Below, piece after piece: positions 58,022 through 64,000 of a stretch of DNA of 64,000 nt. The stretch comes from Halanaeroarchaeum sp. (GTDB lineage: Archaea; Halobacteriota; Halobacteria; Halobacteriales; Halobacteriaceae). Location of the stretch: contig JBDGUE010000034.1 in assembly GCA_042216045.1 (NCBI GenBank), forward strand, positions 92-64,091. Direction: 5' to 3'. Position numbers and translations under genes: made by a program. The notes under the pieces were generated by a model. That model saw only the letters and a program-made list of their open reading frames with translations. It made no database searches and had not been told where the DNA came from. The first letter of the stretch is position 1; every line of letters starts with the position of its first letter.

Positions 58022-60091
58022 CTAGAACCACCCCCCTGCGAATCCGAACGCGACCAGGAGGACGACCAGCCCCAGCGAGAGCAGGGCCGCGTAGTTGGTC
58101 ACGACGCCGGTCTGGATGCGTCGGAGACGACCGCCACCGATGAGACTCACCGACGAGACGCCGTCGACGGCGCCGTCGATGACGCTCCGGTCGAAGCGAT
58201 CGGCCACCGTCGCGAGGGGCAGGGTGAGTCCCTCGGCGAGCCAGACCTGATACTCGTCCTGATAGTAGTTGTTGTACAGGAGGTCCCGGACGGGGCCGAG
58301 ACGCTCCGTGTGTGCCGCCGGGTCCGGACCACGGTAGAGGACCCACGCCAGTCCCGCCCCCGCGAGGGCGAGCGAGAGCGACAGCGCGGCCGAGGCGAGC
58401 GTCGTCAGGGTCGCCGAGAGGCCGAGGACGGTATCGTTCACGTAGCCCACCGGGTCCTGGCTCAGGAGATGGTGGTAGGTCTCGACGGAGACCGCCTCCA
58501 TCCCGCCGACGAACCACTGGTGGAGGTACTCGACGTGCAGACCGGTGAGTTCGGCCACCGGCGTCATGTTGACGAATCCGACCGTCGCGGCGAGGACCCC
58601 GAGGACGACGAGCGGGAACTTCACGTTCCAGCGAACGCCGTGGGGGTCCTCTGCCGTCTCCGAGCGCGGTTCACCGTGGAAGGTCAGGACGACCATCCGG
58701 AAGGTGTAGAAGCCGGTGAAGAAGACCGCCAGGAGGCCCATGAGGTAGGCCAGGAGGATCATGGGGTCGTTCATCCCGTGGACGAGTGCGGTGTAGAGCA
58801 CCTCGTCCTTCGACCAGAAGCCCGCGAAGGGGACGATGCCGGCGAGCGCGAGCGACCCGGACAGGAACGTCCAGTACGTCACCGGCATCTTCTCCTTGAG
58901 GCCGCCCATGTCCCACATGTTCTCGTTGTGGTGCATGGCGATGATGACCGATCCGGCCCCGAGGAACAGGAGCGCCTTGAAGATGGCGTGGGTGAGCAGG
59001 TGGAAGGTCGCCGCGACGTACCCGCCGGCCCCGAGTGCGAGCATCATGTAGCCGTACTGAGAGATGGTCGAGTACGCGAGCACCTGCTTGATCTCCCGCT
59101 TGACGACGCCCATCGTCGCCGCGAACAGCGCGGTGAATCCGCCGACGAGGGCGATGAACGCCAGGACGTTCGGGAGCAGCGCGTAGAAGCCGTACATCCG
59201 GGCGACCAGGTACACGCCGGCCGCCACCATGGTGGCCGCGTGGATGAGCGCGGAGACCGGCGTCGGACCCTCCATGGCGTCCGGCAGCCAGGTGTGAAGC
59301 GGGAACTGAGCGGACTTGCCGATCACGCCGCCCAGGATCAACAGCCCCAGGATCGCGAACCAGGCGCGCGGGTCCATGCCCAGCGTCTCGGCGACGAACG
59401 CCGGCACCTCGTGGTGTCCGGCGAGGATCGCCTCGGCGATCTGTGGGAATCCCTCGGCGCCAGCGCGCGGGGCGAACAGCGACGTCCCGAACGTCGCGAA
59501 GACCCCGACCACGCCGATCAGGAAGAAGTAGTCCCCGAACCGGGTGACCAGGAAGGCCTTCTTCGCCGCGCTCGGCGGCCCCTCCTCGCGGAACCAGAAC
59601 CCGATCAAGAGCCAGGAGTTCAGGCCCACCAGTTCGAAGAACATGAACGCCATCAGGAGATTGGAGGAGGCCACGAACGCGAGCATCGAGAAGGTGAACA
59701 GGCCGAGGCCGGCGTAGTACCGGGGCAGGCCCGTCTCCCCCTCGTCGTTCATGTACCCGAGGCTGAAGACGTGCACCAGGAAGCTGATCAGGGAGACGAT
59801 GAGCAACATCATCGCCGACAGCGGGTCGAACAGGACGCCGAAGTGCAGGCTGAAGGTGTCCAGTCCGGTCACCCACGTGTACAGCTCCTGGTTGTAGTAG
59901 TCGGTCGTGTTTCCAACGGCGAGGAACAGCCACGCCGAGAGCAGCAGCGATCCGCCCGTGGCCACGATGCCGGGGATCGCACCCCCCTTCGGCAGCAGTC
60001 GCGGGGCGAAGTACCCCACGAGGAGGGCGATCAGAAACGACGCCAGCGGCAACAGTGGGATCGCGATAGCGTAATCGAATGCACCTGCCAT
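58022..60091 (-). CDS. nuoL: NADH-quinone oxidoreductase-like subunit L
   Basis: KAFLVTRFGD, GKSAQFPLHTWLPDAMEGPTPVSALIHAATMV, LAYSTISQ, HAIFKALLFL. Confidence 0.96.
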   Translation of the reverse strand: MAGAFDYAIAIPLLPLASFLIALLVGYFAPRLLPKGGAIPGIVATGGSLLLSAWLFLAVGNTTDYYNQELYTWVTGLDTFSLHFGVLFDPLSAMMLLIVSLISFLVHVFSLGYMNDEGETGLPRYYAGLGLFTFSMLAFVASSNLLMAFMFFELVGLNSWLLIGFWFREEGPPSAAKKAFLVTRFGDYFFLIGVVGVFATFGTSLFAPRAGAEGFPQIAEAILAGHHEVPAFVAETLGMDPRAWFAILGLLILGGVIGKSAQFPLHTWLPDAMEGPTPVSALIHAATMVAAGVYLVARMYGFYALLPNVLAFIALVGGFTALFAATMGVVKREIKQVLAYSTISQYGYMMLALGAGGYVAATFHLLTHAIFKALLFLGAGSVIIAMHHNENMWDMGGLKEKMPVTYWTFLSGSLALAGIVPFAGFWSKDEVLYTALVHGMNDPMILLAYLMGLLAVFFTGFYTFRMVVLTFHGEPRSETAEDPHGVRWNVKFPLVVLGVLAATVGFVNMTPVAELTGLHVEYLHQWFVGGMEAVSVETYHHLLSQDPVGYVNDTVLGLSATLTTLASAALSLSLALAGAGLAWVLYRGPDPAAHTERLGPVRDLLYNNYYQDEYQVWLAEGLTLPLATVADRFDRSVIDGAVDGVSSVSLIGGGRLRRIQTGVVTNYAALLSLGLVVLLVAFGFAGGWF

Positions 60092-60092
60092 C

Positions 60093-60398
60093 TTACCACC
60101 TCAGAGTCGTCGGCGTGGTCACGTCCACGTCCGAGAAGTTCCGGTACAGCACCAGGATGATGCCGATCCCCACCGCCACCTCCGCGGCGGCGAGTGCCAT
60201 CGTGAACAGGCTGAACGTCTGGCCCGTCAGGTTGCCCCACTGGTGGGAGAAGGCGACCAGGTTGATGTTGGCCGCGTTGAGCAGGATCTCGACGGACATC
60301 AAGAACAGCAGGGCGTTCTCCCGGGTCAGGATCCCGAAGAGACCGATGGCGAACATCGCCGCCGAGAGCAGGAGGTAGTACTGGACGGGGACGGCCAT
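60093..60398 (-). CDS. nuoK: NADH-quinone oxidoreductase-like subunit K
   Basis: LMSVEILLNAANIN, LAAAEVAVG. Confidence 0.95.
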   Translation of the reverse strand: MAVPVQYYLLLSAAMFAIGLFGILTRENALLFLMSVEILLNAANINLVAFSHQWGNLTGQTFSLFTMALAAAEVAVGIGIILVLYRNFSDVDVTTPTTLRW

Positions 60399-60721
60399 CA
60401 GCGCTCACCTCCCAGGCGGGATCGAATCGATTCGCCGTCGCGACGCGCGAGCATCACGGCGGCCACCAGCGCGGCGACCAACACGAGGTCGATGATCTCG
60501 AAGGCCGCGAGGAAGCCGTCGCTCGCGACGGTGCTCGCGGTCCCCCCGAGGTCGAACATCGCGTACGCGATGCTCGCCGTGATCCGTGCGCCAGCCGGGA
60601 ACCCGGACTGTTCCGGGAAGCCAGCGCCGAGGAAGACCGCCGCCATCACCGCGAAGAGGCCCGCGGCGACGAGACCGGGCAGGAGGTTCAGGTCGGTGGC
60701 GAACTGCGGTCGCGTCGTCAT
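60398..60721 (-). CDS. nuoJ2: NuoJ C-terminal half (NuoJ2)
   Basis: FEIIDLVLVAALVAAVMLARR matches the NuoJ C-terminal helix; position between J1 and K. Confidence 0.85.
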   Translation of the reverse strand: MTTRPQFATDLNLLPGLVAAGLFAVMAAVFLGAGFPEQSGFPAGARITASIAYAMFDLGGTASTVASDGFLAAFEIIDLVLVAALVAAVMLARRDGESIRSRLGGER

Positions 60722-60975
60722 TGGCCCGCCACCTCCGGATCGCGCGTCAGCATCACCGCGAAGGTGATGAGGATGAGGACCCCGCCCACGTAGACGAGGA
60801 CCTGCATCGCCGCGAGGAACTCCGCCTGCAGCATCACGAAGTGGACCGCGACGCTGAGCAGGGCGGCCCCGAGAAACAGCGCGGAGTGCCAGACGTCGTC
60901 GACGAGGACGACGCCGAGGCTACTCGCCACGGTCACGGCGGCGAACAGCAAGAACGCGAGCGTCTCGGCGATCAC
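60718..60975 (-). CDS. nuoJ1: NuoJ N-terminal half (NuoJ1)
   Basis: HSALFL, AEFLAAMQVLVYVGGVLIL..FAVML. Confidence 0.92.
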   Translation of the reverse strand: MIAETLAFLLFAAVTVASSLGVVLVDDVWHSALFLGAALLSVAVHFVMLQAEFLAAMQVLVYVGGVLILITFAVMLTRDPEVAGQ

Positions 60976-61009
60976 GCGGAGTCACCTCCACTGTGCCAGT
61001 CTGTGGAGG

Positions 61010-61471
61010 TCACTGGTAATCGACCTCCCCCTCGCCCTCGCCGACCCAGGCGTCGTGATCGGGTTCGCGCGCCTCGATCGGGTCGATGTCCTTGTACCAG
61101 GGAACGTTCTTCAGTTGCTCTTTGTTGTACGCCAGGTCGTGTTTGGTGTCGCCCGTGAACTCGAAGTTCTGGGTCAGGAGGATCGCGTCCGTCGGGCAGA
61201 CCTCCTCGCAGAGCCGACAGTAGATGCACTGGCCCACGTGGAGGTTGTACTGCTCGCCGTTGCGCTCCTCGTCCATCACGATGTGGATGGTGTCGTTCGG
61301 ACAGACGTCCTCGCACTGGCGACACCAGATGCAGCGCTCCTGGCTCCACTTGTGCACGCCGCGGAACCGCGGACTCACTTCCGGTGCCTGCTCTGGGTAC
61401 TCGACGGTGAACGTCTTCCCGTCGAGTGCGTGTTTCATCGTCGTCGCGAGCGATTGGAGTACGCCGATCAT
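61010..61471 (-). CDS. nuoI: NADH-quinone oxidoreductase-like subunit I (2x[4Fe-4S])
   Basis: TVEYPE, RFRG, CIWCRQCEDVCP, CIYCRLCEEVCP. Confidence 0.96.
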   Translation of the reverse strand: MIGVLQSLATTMKHALDGKTFTVEYPEQAPEVSPRFRGVHKWSQERCIWCRQCEDVCPNDTIHIVMDEERNGEQYNLHVGQCIYCRLCEEVCPTDAILLTQNFEFTGDTKHDLAYNKEQLKNVPWYKDIDPIEAREPDHDAWVGEGEGEVDYQ

Positions 61472-62514
61472 ACTATCACCCCCACGATGACTGCCGTGAG
61501 GAGCAGGTTGGCGAACGCCAACACGAGCATGCCCTTCCACCCGACGTCGAGGACCTGGTCGGGACGAATCCGGGCGACCGCCGACCGGGACCACTGGGTG
61601 AAGAAGAACACGCCCCAGATCTTCAGGATGAACCACACGATGCCCGGGAGGATCGGACCGCTCGGGCCGCCCAGGAACAGCGTGGTGATGATCCCCGCCC
61701 CGAGGAAGATGTGGAGGAACTCGCCGAGGTAGAACAGGACGAAGTACGCGCTCGAGTACTCCGTCTGGTACCCGGCGACGATGTCGTTGGGTGCCTCAGG
61801 GAGGTCGAAGGGATTGCGGCCGATCTCCGCGAGGTTCGCGAGCATGAACAGACCGAACGCGAAGGGGTTCACGAACCCGTACCACGAGGGGATCGCGACG
61901 CCGGCGATCGACACCAGCGTCTCCTGCTGTTGGGCGACGATCGTCGACATTCGAAGCGACCCCGCGAACAGCACCACCGAGGCCGCCGTCAGGACCAGCG
62001 GAATCTCGTAGGCGATGTTCTGGGCGACCGCCCGGAGTCCCCCGATCATCGAGAACTTGTTGTTCGAGGCGTAGCCGCCGGAGACCAGACCGAGACTCGC
62101 GATCGAGGAGACGGCGAACACGTAGACGAGGCCGTTCTGCGGGTCGGCGAGGTGGATGCCACTCCCCATCGGGATCACGGCGAAGCCGAGCGTCGCGGAG
62201 AACACCACCAGAAACGGTGCGAGGTCCCAGGCCGGTCTGTCGACGTGCTCGGGGATGATCTGCTCCTTGCCGAGCAGTCGGAGCGCGTCCACGGCGATCG
62301 TCAGCACGCCGTACGGGCCGACGCGATCGACCGCGATCCGGTCGGTGAAGGCGGCCGTGATCTTGCGCTTCATGTACGGCCCGGCGACGGCCGCCATGAT
62401 GAGCATCAGCGTCGCTACGACGGCGGCGCCGATCAGTCCCCCGAGGAGGTCGCTCACGATGCCCTCGAGTGGGATCCACCGCGAGATGCGGGTGGCGAGG
62501 GTCACCGACGCCAT
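61468..62514 (-). CDS. nuoH: NADH-quinone oxidoreductase-like subunit H
   Basis: DALRLLGKE, GYASNNKFS..GGLRA.AQ..AYE, RNPFDLPEA, GYQTEYS, RIRPDQ. Confidence 0.95.
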   Translation of the reverse strand: MASVTLATRISRWIPLEGIVSDLLGGLIGAAVVATLMLIMAAVAGPYMKRKITAAFTDRIAVDRVGPYGVLTIAVDALRLLGKEQIIPEHVDRPAWDLAPFLVVFSATLGFAVIPMGSGIHLADPQNGLVYVFAVSSIASLGLVSGGYASNNKFSMIGGLRAVAQNIAYEIPLVLTAASVVLFAGSLRMSTIVAQQQETLVSIAGVAIPSWYGFVNPFAFGLFMLANLAEIGRNPFDLPEAPNDIVAGYQTEYSSAYFVLFYLGEFLHIFLGAGIITTLFLGGPSGPILPGIVWFILKIWGVFFFTQWSRSAVARIRPDQVLDVGWKGMLVLAFANLLLTAVIVGVIV

Positions 62515-64000
62515 CAGCGATCCACCTCCGCCAGGATGATGTCGAGGCTACCGAGAGTGGCGATCAGATCGGAGATGAGTTCGCCCTCGGCCATCTCCTG
62601 GAGCGCGGAGAGGTTGTTGAAGCTCGGGCCGCGGATCTTGAAGCGGGCCGGCTTCTCCGTGCCGTCCGAGCGCATGTAGATGCCGAGTTCGCCCTTCGGG
62701 GCCTCGACGGCCCGGTAGATCTCCTCGTCGGGATCGGGCTTGAGGGTGCGCGGGACGTTCGACTGGATCTCGCGTTCGTCCTCCGGCCAGTCCTCGAGGA
62801 GGTCGACGCACTGCTCGATGATCTTCGCGGACTCCTCGACCTCCTCCATGCGGACCAGGAGGCGAGCGAGGTTGTCCCCGCCCTCGTGGGTGGCGACGTC
62901 CCAGTCGAGTTTGTCGTAGTACCCGTAGGGGTCGTCGCGACGGAGGTCGTAGTCGACGCCGGAGGCCCGGAGGATCGGCCCGGTGACGCCGTAGTCCTTT
63001 GCGACCTCCGGACCGATGTACCCCGTGTTCACGGTCCGCATCTGGAAGAGCTCGTTCTGGGTGAGCAGGTTGTGGTACTCGTCGATGCGCTCGGGGAGCC
63101 CCTCGAGGAAGTTCCGAATGTTGTCGAAGAACTCCTCGCGGGGCGTCGGCAGGTCCCAGACGACCCCGCCGATGCGGAAGTAGTTGAACATCATCCGCTG
63201 GCCGGTGAGGTCCTCCAGGATGTTCTGGACGATCTCCCGATCGCGCATCGCGTACATGAAGACCGCGGAGAAGTCGCCCTTGATGTCGAGGCCGAACGTC
63301 GCGACCGCCAGCATGTGCGAGGCGATGCGCGTGAGTTCGGCGCCCATGGTCCGGATGACCTGGGCGTACTCGGGGACGTCGACGTCGGCGAGGTCCTCGA
63401 TCGCCCGCGCGTAGGCCCACTCGTTGGCGAGGCCCGAGGGCGCGTAGTCCCAGCGGTCCGGGTAGGGCATGATCTGGTGCCGGTAGGTTCCCTGCTGGCA
63501 CATCTGCTCCTGGCACCGGTGCAGGTAGCCGATGTCGGGTTCGACGTCGGCCACCTGCTCCCCGTCGAGGACCGTCTTGAGGTGGAGGACGCCGTGGGTC
63601 GCCGGGTGGTGGGGACCGATGTTGAGGAACATCGTGTCCAGGTCCTCCTCGGTCTCGGTCTCCTTGCGGTGCTCCTCGAGGGGGTTCTCGTGTTCCTCGA
63701 AGGTGACGATCTGTGGCTTGTCCTGGTTGTAGTCCAGACGGAGCGGGTGCCCCTGCCAGGTCTCCGGCAGGAGGATCCGACGGAGGTCCGGGTGGTCCTC
63801 GTACTCGACGCCGACCAGGTCGTAGGCCTCGCGCTCGTGCCAGTCGGCGGTCCGGAAGACCGGTTCGGCCGACTGCTGGACGGGCCGATCGCGGGGCATC
63901 GGCACGACGATCGAGACCTCCTGGGTCGGATCGTCGAACTTCTTCATGTGGTAGATCGACTCGAAGCGGTCCTCGTACTCCTGGGCGGTGAGCAGCGAGA
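62514..64000 (-). CDS. nuoCD: NADH-quinone oxidoreductase-like fused subunit C/D, 5'-truncated by window edge
   Basis: WHEREAYDLVG..HPDLRRILLP..GHPL (C part); NIGPHHPATHGVL, GYLHR, EAPKGELG, RGPSF, EVDR (D part). Confidence 0.95.
   Translation of the reverse strand, partial: SLLTAQEYEDRFESIYHMKKFDDPTQEVSIVVPMPRDRPVQQSAEPVFRTADWHEREAYDLVGVEYEDHPDLRRILLPETWQGHPLRLDYNQDKPQIVTFEEHENPLEEHRKETETEEDLDTMFLNIGPHHPATHGVLHLKTVLDGEQVADVEPDIGYLHRCQEQMCQQGTYRHQIMPYPDRWDYAPSGLANEWAYARAIEDLADVDVPEYAQVIRTMGAELTRIASHMLAVATFGLDIKGDFSAVFMYAMRDREIVQNILEDLTGQRMMFNYFRIGGVVWDLPTPREEFFDNIRNFLEGLPERIDEYHNLLTQNELFQMRTVNTGYIGPEVAKDYGVTGPILRASGVDYDLRRDDPYGYYDKLDWDVATHEGGDNLARLLVRMEEVEESAKIIEQCVDLLEDWPEDEREIQSNVPRTLKPDPDEEIYRAVEAPKGELGIYMRSDGTEKPARFKIRGPSFNNLSALQEMAEGELISDLIATLGSLDIILAEVDR

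Noticed and set aside
55481-60160. 1559-aa ORF on the + strand
   Set aside because: Antisense shadow of nuoN/M/L; Arg/His/Gly-rich with no motifs, as expected in high-GC DNA
60398-64000. Split nuoJ and fused nuoCD as novelty or frameshift
   Set aside because: This is the normal haloarchaeal arrangement; both J halves have their own starts and overlapping stop/start junctions

Overview
High-GC haloarchaeal (Halobacteria-type) chromosomal segment with acidic proteins, a TFB gene and mostly leaderless genes behind short AT-rich TATA-like elements. About 65 real CDSs; most other ORFs in the track are GC-rich shadow frames. I saw no rRNA, tRNA, CRISPR array, transposase or integrase. Main blocks: (1) tfb, rtcA and housekeeping genes; (2) a sulfur-handling cluster (Cys-bearing HTH regulator, two YeeE/YedE proteins, rhodanese-MBL fusion, mobB, DsrE-like protein); (3) a membrane-anchored HTH regulator with a sequon-rich secreted protein, and an ABC system whose permease carries a PrsW-type protease domain; (4) a copper locus (Lrp/TRASH regulator, copA, copZ); (5) a co-oriented fba-fbp-form III RuBisCO run; (6) an acyl-CoA cluster whose B12 mutase has isobutyryl-CoA-mutase-type residues (Phe/Gln) instead of methylmalonyl-CoA-type (Tyr/Arg); (7) the distal nuo operon (CD-H-I-J1-J2-K-L-M-N) followed by RCK-DHH and CBS-ParB genes. 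Several intergenic regions hold short repeats or hairpins. All product calls come from motif recognition by eye; no searches were run.
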